Below, piece after piece: positions 25,501-38,616 of a DNA stretch of 50,393 nt. Source of the stretch: Lenisia limosa (taxonomy: Eukaryota; Protista; Breviatea); NCBI GenBank assembly GCA_001655205.1, contig LPNZ01011357.1:1-50393 (forward strand), in the 5' to 3' direction. A model generated the notes under the pieces. It was not told the DNA's origin. It was given only the letters and a program-made list of their open reading frames with translations, and did not search any database. A program made the position numbers and the translations under genes. How positions within the stretch are numbered: the stretch's first letter is position 1; every line of letters starts with the position of its first letter.

Positions 25501-25812
25501 TGTAGTTCGAATAAAAACGAAACCGCACTGTTCATTTGAGTTAATCGCTTTCTATCACACTGATGATTTGGAGGTTAAATACTCCTACTACACATAATAT
25601 TTCCTCTTTATATAGCGTAAAAACTAAGTGGGGGTGCGCACTTACAAGAAATCCACCCCTCCCCTAATTCCCCAAACTGCTAAAACTGCCCCACACAGGC
25701 CCCAATCCCTCCAAAAAAACCAGCTTCAAACCGCCAAGACAAGCAAAGAGAAACTGAAAGAGAGACAGGTTTGAAAGAGGAGGAAGAAAAAAAAAAAGGA
25801 GAAACGGAAGTG

Positions 25813-27267
25813 ATGGGTAAGAAAAAGGACACGAGTTGGGAGGCCATCAACCAGGCTCTCCCCGAGGACAGATATGTTTGGGTCGACCTTGAGATGTCAG
25901 GTTTGCATGCCTTCTGTATTGCTCCTGTGAAGTCCTTCCATCTTCTTTCATTCTTTTTTTTTTTTTTATTGGGCAGGGCTTGATGAGAAAAAGCACAAAG
26001 TTCTTGAAATCGCTGTGGTTGTGACGGACAATCAACTCAATGTCATTGCAGAGGTATTAGCGCAACATCTTGGGTAAACCTGTTGTCTGTATCCGTCTGG
26101 CTTTGATAGCTCAGGGGCCTTGTCTTGCCATCAAATCAACAGAGAAGGAGCTGGCCCTCATGAACACATTCTCAAGTACCATGCACCGCAAAACAGGTCT
26201 TTATGATGAGTGCGGGGGGGAGGGGCAGTTTTGAATATGGGCTATTTCTCGAATAACATAAATTCTCAGAAAATGTTGGATCCTCACTATGGCAGATGCC
26301 TTGCTAGTACTACAACGATGCAAGAAGCTCAGAAAACAGTGATTGAATTCCTAAGGGTTGGTGCAGTTATATTGACTCTTGTCCTATGCTCTTGAGAGTG
26401 AAACAGGCTGTTCTTTTAAGCATGTTGGATGTTGGATATTGCTTACCCTCAAGAGGCATGTCAAGCAGAACAAAGCCCCCTTGTGTGGAAACACAATTGG
26501 CACAGATAGAATATTCCTCAAAAAGTAGGATTGAAAGGGAATACATGATGACAGGGAACATGGGTTTGTCAGAATACTCATGTACTTGATCCACACCCCC
26601 TTATCATATGACCGACAATTCTTAATGATACTCTGATACACTCGAGATGAACCCTCATTTTCGTTCATCATTTCAACTTGAATATCGGTCATATGATCAT
26701 ATCACTAGTGGATATGGGTTAAAATTATGCACTTCACAAAGTGTTTTTGGAAAGATATACTAGTTGGAATACCCATATTATAACATACATACTATCAGGC
26801 AAATGGGGAACTTTTTACACCCTCATTGCAAATAATGTAAGAATGTGTTGCTGAATCTGTTTCGTTCAATAAATAACCCTAACAAACTCCAGAGACCTGC
26901 CCAAAGTGAACAATTTTCTCCACTACAGAAACATTGATGTGTCAACAGTCTTCCAGCTTGGTGAAGCGTGGGGGGGGGGGGGNNNNNNNNNNNNNNNNNN
27001 NNNNNNNNNNNNNNNNNNNNNNNNNNNNNNNNNNNNNNNNNNNNNNNNNNNNNNNNNNNNNNNNNNNNNNNNCCAATTCCTCTTATTACTTACAGATGGT
27101 ACGGTGTGTCTTACAAGCTGGAAAAGCCTGAAGATATTCCTGATGGGAAGCACCGGGCTCTTTTCGACATTCTTCGCTCAATAGAGCAGCTGAAGTTCTA
27201 CAGGGAGGCCATCTTTAAGCCTCTCCCCGAGAGCGCCAAAGAGACATCAGAACCGATTGCCGAGTAG
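25813..27267 (+). CDS. orn: Oligoribonuclease (DEDDh 3'-5' exonuclease, Orn/REXO2/Rex2 family)
   Basis: YVWVDLEMSG|LDEKKHKVLEIAVVVTD (ExoI), MHRKTGL, APLCGNTIGTDRIFL (ExoII), LHYRNIDVSTV and KHRALFDILRSIEQLKFYR (ExoIII with catalytic H and D). Stop at 27265-27267. Confidence 0.95.
26603..26697. repeat. Nested inverted repeats (fold-back) inside a ~370-nt Orn intron
   Basis: Perfect 13-bp arms ATCATATGACCGA (26603-26615) / TCGGTCATATGAT (26685-26697), with an inner 7-bp stem GATGAAC (26646-26652) / GTTCATC (26663-26669). Confidence 0.75.
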
Positions 27268-27398
27268 CAATGGTAGTCCTTTATCGTATGGTTAAGATGT
27301 GACGGGTCAGTCTTGGCAGATTATTACATTCGAAGTGAAATTGTATCCATAAATATAACATTAAATATTACCTTAAATAAACATTTTCAATCATTAGA

Positions 27399-30300
27399 TC
27401 AGCGTCCGCGCCTCCCCCCAGGTAAACCACGTGCAGATGTTGGCAGGGCCTGAATAGGGGTAATGGGACTGCAGATCAAATTTGATTTCTGAATATTCAT
27501 AAATGGGATGACCCTACCTGCATGCCGTTACTGGTCCAAATCTGTCCCGGCATTTCACGTTCTCTGTTCGAAACGGCGGGGGTAGAGAGTCGATGAACCA
27601 ATTGTGCTGCTCGGTTGCTGGGCCGACTATAGTGTGATGCGATGGTGCGAGGCTTCAGACTGACCAGCCCGTTTTCATTTTGAATGACGTAAAAGAGAGA
27701 TTAATACTTATGGGTCTGACCTTGACGTTGTCGGGCGCTGCGGTGACGGCTGTGTCTGGGTGGCCACTGGTCCAGCCTAAGCAGTTAGTATCACAAGGAA
27801 CTAGAATCAGGCATACTGATCCGAGTCTTGGAGAGGCCCCTGGAGGTGGCCTGGGTCGGGCCGGATTGGGGTTACGACGGGAGACAGGCTCGGGGTTGTG
27901 GCGGCGTATCTCCGGCTCGGACGGGGCTTCGGTCAACATGCCGAAGTCAACCTCGCCTTGGTGCGTGGGGAACGCTGCTTATGTCAACCAAGCTTGTTTC
28001 ACAAATATGGATATCTCCTATTAGTTTGACTACATTCCAGTATACATAATAAGTGCAACTCATCTCCAAGAAAAAAGATAGGTATTACAGCCAACAGTTA
28101 CACGTATGAAGGTCTCAACAAATAATCAACTGTTATCACTTCACCTCCTTTTTACCCACATTGCCTATCTAGGTGCGACGGGCGGGGGGCAGAGCCAGAT
28201 AACGGGTTGTAGCGCTGGGTGGAAGAAGAAGAAAGCGACTCAATCTGCATGTCTCCTGACGGCATTCGTGATGGTCTCATGTGCGTGGCTGAAGGGAGCA
28301 AATCAGATTAAATCTACAATAAAAGGCCTTCAACACCTACAACAGAACACACCGTTGTATTCATGTCTTCAATATACAACACATGTATTACTTATTTATA
28401 TGTACGTACGACCGAAATTGCTACACCCCATCAGGTAGAACGCCAATCCACTTTGCCTACGCTGGGTGCCCGGTAAAAGTGAGTGGCGTGTGTCGTAAGT
28501 TGAAGGTCCCGATCGTTCCCCCGCCTGATAGCGTTAATAAGGATGTACCAAAACTGCCACTCACTTTCTTCCTAAATTGCTGGAGACGAAAATCGGCATC
28601 TGAACAGTCACGGTCGTGTTGCTTTGGAATCCAGCTTACGGGTTTTCTTCTCACGAGCAAGCTTATTTTTCTTCAGTTTTTCGAGACGCTGTTGCTTTTT
28701 GAGCATCAGTCTTGCGGTTTCCTCCGATTCAAATCCCCTGGACCAATTTAATTGCATATTGGCGAGTTACTTAGCATATGTGATTCAACAACAGCCTGAC
28801 CAACTCACCACATTTTGGCGACACTGCCCACGTCCTCAACAGCCTCCTGGAAATGAGTGCAAAGGATACCGGGCCTACCGATTTCTTCGGTCGCAAAGCC
28901 TCGAGACCGTCAGCAAAGTCTGTAATGGTCACTTGGAACAAGGATAACGCACCTTTACTGCTTGGCTGCGTTGGACTTGGTCGAGGGGGTTGGTCCGGTT
29001 CTGTGTCAGTTCTTGGTGTGGCCGGGGATGGCTGGTCATAACCGTAGAGATAGTCGCTTTGCGGGGTACTCGCCTGTGGTACCTAATAAAGTCAGTTATA
29101 CGACAAGCCAACCTCCCTGGGCTGAAGAGCCGAAACAGTCGGCATGTCACTCATAGCAGCCCTGGTCCGAGCCAAAAGTCGCTCCACATCTGTTTCGTCA
29201 ATATGGGCGGTTGACCAACCTTCATCAACCCAGGACGAGTCCATTGGTCGTGGAGGGGCCTCCTGGGGAACTGAAGGTGGAAAAGGTTGCCCCGGGTCCT
29301 GGTGGAGGACAGGGGGGTTGACAAGGGCTAAGTGGGTGACACTGGAGGCCGTCGCAGCCGGGGTGTCCCAATCATCAATGTCCGCACCATCCTGTTGGTC
29401 AGAAATGGGACGAAGAGTCCCACATTAGCATTAATCCATGACACGTCATCGTTGAAGTCGTCCATATCCAAGTCGTCAAGGTCACTGAATAAGTCTTTCG
29501 CCTCACGGACCGCCCGCATGGCCTGAGTTGTCATGAAATATCATTGGTTTATTGGCGAATTGACGAAACAATAAACACAGGCACAACGAATCAACCATCC
29601 CGACTCGTTGGATACGAAGCCTCATCGAGTAGCCTCTCCAAGCAGCCTGAATAACCACTGCTGCTCGGGAGCGTAGTCGTGATTTCTGCTGTCGCCGCAA
29701 CGATGTGACGTGACGCCATGTTCTCTGAATTCTGCAGTGTAAGCCTCGAAACCTTCTAAACCTAAGGCAGCTGCTATATCTTACTCCCACCAAACCTGAG
29801 ACAAGCAACAAGTTGTTCTTGGTTTTTCCTTGCCTGGAGTCTAGATTTTGCCCATTTCGTCAGTTGTGCAGCCGCTGTATTGATGGACTTGCCATGGGCA
29901 TGTGGGCTGAGAGTGTGATCATATAGGTTTCATATGGTGTGTGGATATGATAAAGAAAGGGGGTATTGCTTACCCTGGATGAGGTGTTTTCGAAAACACG
30001 TGTTTCAAGTTCGACAGAGTTCTTCGTGATAATGGTGCGATAATTTGTGACTGGGGCAATTAGCGTTGCTCTTTCCATTAAGTGGCAATCTCACCCTTGC
30101 TAATAGTATCCTGACATCCCCCCTTCGCAGTCCTTGCTGGGATGCCTCTTGTGACAGTTTATGAAGCTGTTTGCGAGTCGATTGTAAGTCCTAAGAAGTA
30201 TGAGAAATTGAAACTATTGTTAATTTACAGCCCATCTTAATCCACCCACATATAACTGTCTTCGATGTGATTCGTAAAGCTGAACCCAATGGCTCTCAGT

Positions 30301-33300
30301 TGTTGGTAGTTGCAGCTGAAATGTTAAAAAGAAAAAGGTTTAAACCTCTCCACCAACCCTCTTATCAGCTTCTCTAGTGGCTCTTTTGGCGTCACTCGCG
30401 CGCAATGCAGGAAACTCCAGCACTGCTGGTGTACCATTGTTTCGCTCCCACTCCATCAGAATGCCCTCAGGAACGGGAACGTTCTCAATAAGTTCTGGCG
30501 CAGCTCTGCGTCGAGGCAAATAGGGCTTGCTCGGATGCGCAGAAGTTGTCCCAAGGTCTGTTTCAACCTAAATAATAATGAAACCCTCATGGATAATGGT
30601 AGGCACTCATGTTAGTTACTCACATTGTGTGCTGAAACAGCAGCACCAATAAACGGATCTGGCCTTGTGAATTCACTAAAAAGTCATAGAAATTCAGTAG
30701 AATCAAAGCAAGCTTAAATTAATCCGATAATGTGTATCTTGTTTTATTTCTCATCTAATAACATATTGATATCGATATACGATATCATATTACCATGTAT
30801 TTTAAACGATTGAAAGTTGTCGATGAGAGAGAACAATACCAACCAGAAGCATGGGGGCAAGGCGGGCTTTGAATCTCTTAATGGTTGAATCATTCTTGAG
30901 GCGCAGTAATTTAGTCCAACATCTCGCATTTGACTAGGACATTACTCCTCTATTTATTCCGCCGACAAGTATCATAATCATAGTAAGTACAATACAATAT
31001 TATATACTACATTATGTGATATTATTATATATATTTGCTACATGTATTATGTATATATGCATAAAGAGCAATGAGAAATAAAAAAAAAGTTGTATCTGGC
31101 CGAAGTGTAGAGTACACATATGATATGCCTATCATACATGTAATACATGGTATACAAATAAGTTACAAACAAGAAAGCTCCACAGCCCTCTCACTCTGTC
31201 ACATCAACGTGGTCCAAAGTTACAAGCCCGGAAAGGCAGTAGTGCAGAACGGGTTGGTAGCTGGGGTGCAAGCAGACCTGATGGAAATTACCAAACAACG
31301 GCACAAAACCAGCCTACAGGATTGTCGTTCAGCTGCAGAATGCGAAGGGACGAACAGGCAAAGAGAGACTACAGCAAATAAGATAGTTTTTAATGATCGA
31401 ACATGGAGATTCCCGCCTACAGTCAGACATTCCGGTTCCCTGATGTCATTAAACGACAAGTTCAGATCTCTGAGGGCCCAAAGCAAGTAAATTGGCTCGA
31501 CAATGTGAATATTGTTCTCACTGAGGTTCAATCTCTATTGAAATGAGTAATGTAATGAATTTGGCGTAAAATCTGACTAAGCAGTACATTAGAGTATTAT
31601 TCAACTAATAAGCTAATTTCATTATGATGAATGATATGCAACAAAGTAGTGGAATTAACATCTGATTAAATTATCACATTAAATGACACGAAAAGTCTGC
31701 TCACGGAAAGAAGCGGGGTGCCTGAAATATCTGGCAATCTGTCTATTCGGTTATTGTTCAAACTGAGATCTCTCAAAAGAGGCGCTTTGAGATCTTCGGG
31801 GATCAATGAGATCTGATTTTCGTAGAGAACAAGGGTCTAAATGGTGAAACAAACATGAGCAGAACGTTTATATTTCCAGGAACAGTATGATATCATGTTC
31901 ACCATACCTCCAAGAAAGAAGGGAGGATGCATGGTATTCGTGTCACGGCATTCTTACCAAAGTCGGCATATTGCAAATGTTGCAGCTCCTAAAGTATCAG
32001 AAATTAGATTGCTGGCTATCTCTACAGACAGAGCCACACAAACCGAAATAACACCGATGTCAGTTACTCGGTTTCTCATGAGGTTCAGATGCTGCAGATA
32101 TTTGGAGTTCTAAAAAGAGTCAGTCCACTACGCACTGACCGCCTACTCTGAGAGCTGAAATGTTGGCTATTTCATTGTTTGCAGCGACAAGAACGCGCAA
32201 ATTTCGCGCCGATGCCAGTTCCGTTAGACTCTCAAGTTTGTTCATTGAGAGGTCCGCACACACCAGGCTCGGAACGGAACCTAAGTCAAGACGCCGCAAC
32301 TTATTATCACTTGCCAAGAGACAAGAAAGCGAATGGAACTCCGAGCCATTGTCTAGTCGTCGGACCCACGGCTGTAATGTCCTTAGTGTCTGGAGACTGT
32401 TGGCCGAGACATTGACCAGGATCGGCATTGCCGCGGCTGCTTCTTTGTCGGGCACCGTCTGAAGCCCCTCCATTGACAGATTGAGGCTGAATGGCTCGGA
32501 TGGAATGTCGTCAATACTCAAAGCGTCGATGGAAAGCAGCCCCACACCGGAGAGTTTCATGGACTTCTCTGCCCAGTTTGGTCCTTGAAGAGCTATGTAG
32601 ACGTCATTAGCAGTGGCAGTCGGGGCCGGGATAACCGAAGTGGACGAGATGGGCGGTACCCTTTCAGCCTGGCGGTACATGTGCGTTCCTACGCCATGTT
32701 GCGTGGTGTACACCGATTTAGCATGCGAGGATCTGTGAAACGCCATAATTGCGTCGGCGCGCTCAACCGCTTGGCGTAGGGGCATGGTGCATGACTAATA
32801 AGTAAGCAGAGCCGCGGTTCTGTATACAGCTAAAGCCAGCCCACTGAATTGATGACATAGAGCCTCGGGTCCTGCGGATGAGGAGTCTTGATCGTGACGG
32901 TTGGGAAGGCTGCCTCACATTTGCCATCAAGGGCTACTGACGACGATATCGCTGAAAGGTCCTGAAGTATGAGATCCATTGGGATCCGTTGAGGCCTTAC
33001 AATTGTCATGGGATCGAAATTCCTTGGCGGGTCGGGTGCATCGACAGTTAGTTCTAGGATCCTCATTGCTCGTTCCTGCTCAGCCCGTTCGACGGCCGCC
33101 TATTGAATCAAAACTCAAAGACCAAATGAAAGAAAGGAACCATAAAAGAAAGCTAACCTGTTCTTCGATTTTCTGCCTCCGGTATGTCTCAGCTTTTTGT
33201 CTTCTAAGTGTTTCTTTCCGGATTTCTATTTAGTCAGAAGACAATCATTTGATAGAATCAAGAAACACACAATATACAAACCTTCTTTTTCTCTCTCTGC

Positions 33301-35296
33301 TTCTTCTTTCTCCATCTGCATTTTTCTCATTTCAGCCTCTTTTTGTTTCCGCAATATGTTTTCCTAATGGTCAGAAAAGCAAGTTTGCACATCGGATTTT
33401 CATTCAAAAAAGTGATTTTTTTTTTTAAAAAAAAGAAGAAACCAAGTTTTCAGTTATCAGCAGCTAAATACAAAAAAAAACAGAAATGATCAAAATAAAT
33501 GCAAAAGTTAATGGCAATTTGTAAACTGTCAAGTAAAAAAATAACTCACCTGTCTTGCTTTCTCTATTTTCTCCTCTTCCTGTCTCTTCTTTTCTCTTTC
33601 CAACGCAGCCAACTGGAGGTATAAGTTGACCAATGAATAACAAACCTCAGAAGCCAGTCTCTGTGCTTCAGCTTCGCGCATCCTCACTTCTTCTTCCAAA
33701 CGTCTTTGCTCTTCTGCTCTCAGCTCTTCCATTCTCCTCAGCTCCTATAATGGATCAGTCGCCAATAAACAATGTACTTTATATCTCATCAATACCAGTT
33801 AATTTGGGTTCATGTCAAATACCAGAGCCACATATCACATTAAACCCACTTCTTCCTCCTGAAGTATCCGCTGTTCCTCTTCGTAGAGTCGACGATTCTC
33901 CTCCTCTTCTTTCTCCTCCCTTTCTCTCCGGCTAATGAGTAAGAATACTCAATACCATGTAAATAACAAAAAAGACCCAACTAACATTCTTTCTCTTTCC
34001 CTCTCTTCATGTTTGATGAGAATTCTGTCATTCTCCTCTTCCATTGCCCGGGCAGCAGCGGCCTAAAAGTAAACTCACGATCCCCAATGACATGGCATAC
34101 CTCCTCCTCTTTCCTTTTGTCCTCAGCTTCTTTGGCAAGGCGATTTTGTTCAATTTGGCGAAGTCTCCTCTCTTCTTCCCTCTGAAATGTCATCTTTATG
34201 TAAAAAATACAAAAGATGAGGCAATTTTAATAAGATTGTGAAAACACATTTTGTTCGCTTATTCGACTGTTGAGTAACAAACCTTCCTTGAGGCTTGCTC
34301 TTCTTTCAACCGCCTTTTCTCTTCTTCTTCTCTTTGCCGTTCCAGAACTGTGAGCATCTAGAAAGTTATTTCAATAATCATACCCAACGAAGAAGGTGTT
34401 CCAACGATATTGGGAAGGGGAAGCTGGATATTATTATACGTAATAAGCTTACACAACAAAATACTATATGTTTCTTATTTGCTACGACTAATACACAGAT
34501 TCCCCCTTTTTTTTTCTGACATTACCTTTTCCTCCGCCTCGCGAGCTTCCTTCTGGCGTTGGTTGGACTTGCGCTGCTCCTCCTGGATCGCCTCGAGCAA
34601 AGCGGTCGCATCATCTTCATTGAGCGCCACGTCATCATCCTGGTCCCCCTGATCCCTCGGGGGCGTCACAGGTTCAGTTTCGCTGCGAACAGGGGCGGGT
34701 CGAGATGAAGGCGGCGCAAACTGGACATAATCGTTATGTAACTGTTTTGACACAAGATACCATTTCAAGGAAAATTTTTTAAAAAAACCTTGGAAAGTAT
34801 GAGAAGCGATAAATAATAAAAACCCTTTCCCAAATGCCCACAGAAGAGAAATCGATGGATTTCGTTATTTGCTCAACTTCAACAACATCTTGTTCGTACC
34901 TCATAAGTCAGAAGATGGAATTAAAAGAGGACGGCAAATGGCAATAATTCACTTCTCTTCATTTTTTAAATTATCAAAACACTATGAAGATCAAATCACT
35001 CGAAGAGGGTTTATGCAAAACCGTCTCTACGCCTACCTGTCGACAAACGTCCCTCGTTCCTGAGTTGCCTTAGTGAGCAGGTTCCAAGCTTCGGATGAGG
35101 GCGAAGACGGTCGTGACTCCAGCTCATCAATAGTGCCATCAACTGATTCGGGGCTCTTGCTGCCGTTATCTCCCGAAGGCTTGCCCATGATCTTGGCCCA
35201 CATGTCGTCCAAGTCTTCCTCCTCACTGTCGTCATGGTCGGTGCCCAGAGCGGCAAGCTCCTCTGCAATCTCTTTTTCCAGGTCAAACAGGTCCAT
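27399..35296 (-). CDS. LRRIQ1: Leucine-rich-repeat and IQ-motif protein, LRRIQ1-like
   Basis: Acidic N-terminus (MDLFDLEKEIAEELAAL), E/K/R-rich coiled coil (33300-34700), LRRs (LVNVSANSLQTL, ADLSMNKLESL, LVLYENQISL, LSLNNNRID, LNLSENNIH, LNLSFNDI) and IQ motifs (RIQRTWR, VIQAAWRGYSMRLR). These are followed by an acidic DDLDMDDF patch and WGFESEETARLMLKKQQRL, the same order of landmarks I recall in animal LRRIQ1. A Pro/Arg-rich tail ends at about 27399. Confidence 0.78.
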
Positions 35297-35429
35297 TATT
35301 AATATTCCACCGCCGAAGGTGGCTGGCGGTTGTCTCCTTGTTTATTTGCCTTCCATTAGAAAAGACGTTAAGCAAGGGACCAGGCCAAAATAAGAAGTTT
35401 ATGAGTTTATTACTTTTTTTTTGTCCTAT

Positions 35430-38130
35430 ACCACTGCTAAACGACCAAGCATTTTTTTTTTCGATGGCAATTCCTGATCCGCCGCCGGGTCCTCCTCTCT
35501 GGTACAAAAGAAGATATAAAAGAAATGGTTTCTGGGTTAAAACACTGGAATTTGCCCTGCCTCCCCAAGCCAAGGACAAACCAACAAAACTGGGCTCTAA
35601 CTCTAACCGATTGTGTGTCCGCCTTTCACCTTTGTTGTTACCGTTTCACAATGCTCTATCTTAGCTCTATCTTGTACTATCGCTTGGTCGCTCCAACTGT
35701 CCTGCCACTGTCGCTCCTCTAAGGTCGCTCACGGTCAACATATAAAAAATATACATCAATAAAAAATAGTAACCAATTAACCAAATACTCTGGGCCCCGT
35801 AGCCAGCAGGAAGCCAACATTGGGAGTGCCTAAGTCAGTCAGAGTCATCAGATAAATGTAGCTTGGGTATCAAATACCATAAACAAAATCTACCACAACT
35901 CACATGTTTAGTAATACACCATTGCCCAAGAGTTTCTGCTATGATCAAAGGCAACATTCACCTATGATTGTCAGATCTAATACAATATAGCTAATATATT
36001 GATACAATGGGAAGAGAAAATGAGAAAAAGGCTGTGAATCTGACCAAAGCTGCAAACTTGATAAATGATAATGAATAGCAAGCACTACCCACAGAAGGTT
36101 GAGTTCCGCAGCTCTTGCATTGTCCTTTCTCTTTCGAGGTGTAGAGTGTTCCTTTGAAAATACAGTCTAAACAGCAGTTTTGAATCATGGAAAGAGATGT
36201 AAAAGAGGCTTTGAGGTTCTTAGTAGCCTTGGGGTGCAGAGTGGCATTGAAGTGCTCCGATGCAGTGATACGTTCCCAAATGTTACCTGTATTCCGTCAA
36301 AAGGAGAGTAAATAAAGAGGCGGATGGAAGATAATCAAAAGAATAAAATTAAGACTATCAGCAACCCCTCCCCCCCCAATAAAACTGGCACAAGGATTCA
36401 ACTAACCTTTTCGACGAGCATTCTTATTTTTTCCCAATTTGAAGAGTTTAGGAAGCTAAAATGTAACATTGATTGGTCTGGACAACACCTTACATAATTT
36501 TGAAAATCAGCTGAAGAAGATCCTGACATAATGCGTCCTGTGATGGTGAGGTACATGTCGACAAGAAATAGTAGCAATTAAAAAACCATGTTCTATCACT
36601 GGGGGGAGGGCAAACCACCATGTCATTGCATTATGTGTAACAACCACCAACCCTCTTTGTTGAGGACAAAGATGTGCGGGGCTGAAGACTCATTGACGGC
36701 TTGTACAGTGTGAGCGGGGAGCTTTGTTGTGAGAATACGAGGAATGGAAAAAAAAAGTCAAAGGATACGATCCCTTACAGGTGCGTTAAACAGGTTCATA
36801 ACAACGACTTGGTGTTGATGGTCAAGGTAAAACTGACATAGATCTTTGAAGGACCTCACAGTCCGCTGTCGGTTGGCATGGATGCACATGAAGGCCCAAA
36901 TGGTTGATGCAAAGCCCCCGTCTTTAGAGCCAGGAACACCATGCTGAAACAGTCAGATGAATAGCACTTTTCTTCACTTACCCTTTTGAGAAACTCTTTC
37001 CATGTTTTTAAGAGTATTTTCAGGTAATTACTCTTCTTGTACTCATCTTGCATTAACACACTGTGGTCGTAACCAATTTGGTTGTTGTGGGAAAGATCAA
37101 CCTGAAGAATCAGAAAGAAATACTTTTCTATATCATTTAATATTTTCGCTTACATCATCAATAAGACAGCATTACATCTATTTCCGAAGTTTCATTTTTT
37201 GCAACTAACCGTGAGGCCCATTGAGGAACAGCTGAAGGTGACACACGGAACGCTCATGTCAGCATAGGCTTTGTTTTCAAGAGTGAAGGGCTGCTGGTAC
37301 ACCTGACTAAAGAGTAAGAGATAACAATCACCTCTCAAATAAGCTGATTTGTATCCATTAAATCCTACTTACGTAAGTTGTGGAAGCGCATACAGAGTGA
37401 ATCTGAAATGTGAATGCGGACATAACGAACCAAGGATAAATTTAACAAGATTATGGGAGATAAGCTTTTTTTTACTAAATTTTGAGAATGGTATTGTACA
37501 TTTTGTGCAAGGTGTTCATATGATAGGGATTAGTGAATCTGAAATTTCAGCAATTCACGAAGCGCAAATTGACTAATCTGGATCCTAAAAAACTGCAGCA
37601 CCTCTATTTTCCCCCCTTATAACAACTGGCATGGGGATAAAAGATTTCAAAATGCAAGAACCAACTTGTTGAGAAGGCTGTGAGACTCCATATCGGTGCT
37701 GTCGGTGAAGAGAATAAGGTCAACATCTGAGTCAGCAGTTGCAATTCTAAAAACTAAGATGAGAAGATTGAACTGAAAAGATAGCCATTTCTGAATAACA
37801 GCAAACAAAACTCAATATAATACCCTCCCACCCCTGTAAATGTGACCCCGAAAGCTTGATGCTTTGTAAGCTGGGGCATGATTGGTCCTTCCGAAAGGAG
37901 GAATATAGCGAAGACAGGTGGGTGATCAAGTTGTTGACGGTCTTCTGTCTTAAGATTTCGTGAAAAATGTGACCAAAATGCACTAGTAAATAATTAAATA
38001 ATGTCATGTTGACACCATACTGATGTCCCATTGATGAGGAGGCGATGTGTAGTTGAGAACATACTTTTGTACCATGTTGAAGTTGGAAGCTGTAACTGTG
38101 ATACACTGCGCGGCAATTTTCCTTTGTCAT
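35430..38130 (-). CDS. Cid1/TUTase/non-canonical poly(A) polymerase family terminal nucleotidyltransferase; 3' end approximate
   Basis: The Pol-beta motif SGSHLQG...(S)DVDLILF is followed by VPCVTFSCSSMGLT|VDLSHNNQIGYDHSVLMQ...LKILLKTWKEFLKR|HGVPGSKDGGFASTIWAFMCI. This parallels Cid1-type 'VP++...D+S.NN..+..N+.L+...+K.WAK...G.+SSY...LM'. The three catalytic Asp positions appear present. A C-terminal CLDC...CKSC exon follows. Confidence 0.7.
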
Positions 38131-38616
38131 TGTTAGCAGCTTCTTTCGCTTAAATATACCGAATAAACGGACAAAACGGAAAACGGAAAACGCAGAGTCG
38201 GACGGAAAGATTCATCATTTTTCAGACCCCTAGATTAGAATATATTATGCAAACTCGATTTGCGGTTTGCGGTTTCAGCGATTCGCACACCCAGCGCACA
38301 CCTTTTTGTTTGTTGACAGTTAATCAGAGATTTTTGAATACTATTATAATTATATATAATAAATATAAAAAATCAAAGCAATTTTTCCTCCCTTGATCAA
38401 ATCGAACTGCAACATCACAACCTCGCTCCACCTCACACGTTCATTCATTAGATTGCGGGAAAGCACAAACCAAAAATATTGGTTGGGTTGGAAGGCTGTT
38501 AGGAAGGATATCAGAGTAAATGGAGGGGTTGTCTTTCTTTTTTTTTTTCTTTTTTTTTTCACGTTTACAGCCGCTTTTTAGCTCTTCGTTTACAGGACGC
38601 AGGTTGGCGGTTGGCA

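Noticed and set aside
28690-28745. tRNA-like T-loop/acceptor (TTCAAATCCCCTGGACCA)
   Set aside because: No cloverleaf or D-arm, and it is the antisense of an LRRIQ1-like coding exon (WGFESEETARL).
30960-31220. AT-rich TA-repeat segment as a mobile element
   Set aside because: Low-complexity intron sequence with no terminal repeats or ORF.
14642-38130. PARP + Orn + TUTase as a functional nucleotide-signalling or defence cluster
   Set aside because: The genes are separated by unrelated genes over about 24 kb, and PARP and Orn look like ordinary housekeeping orthologues. There is no sequence evidence of co-regulation.
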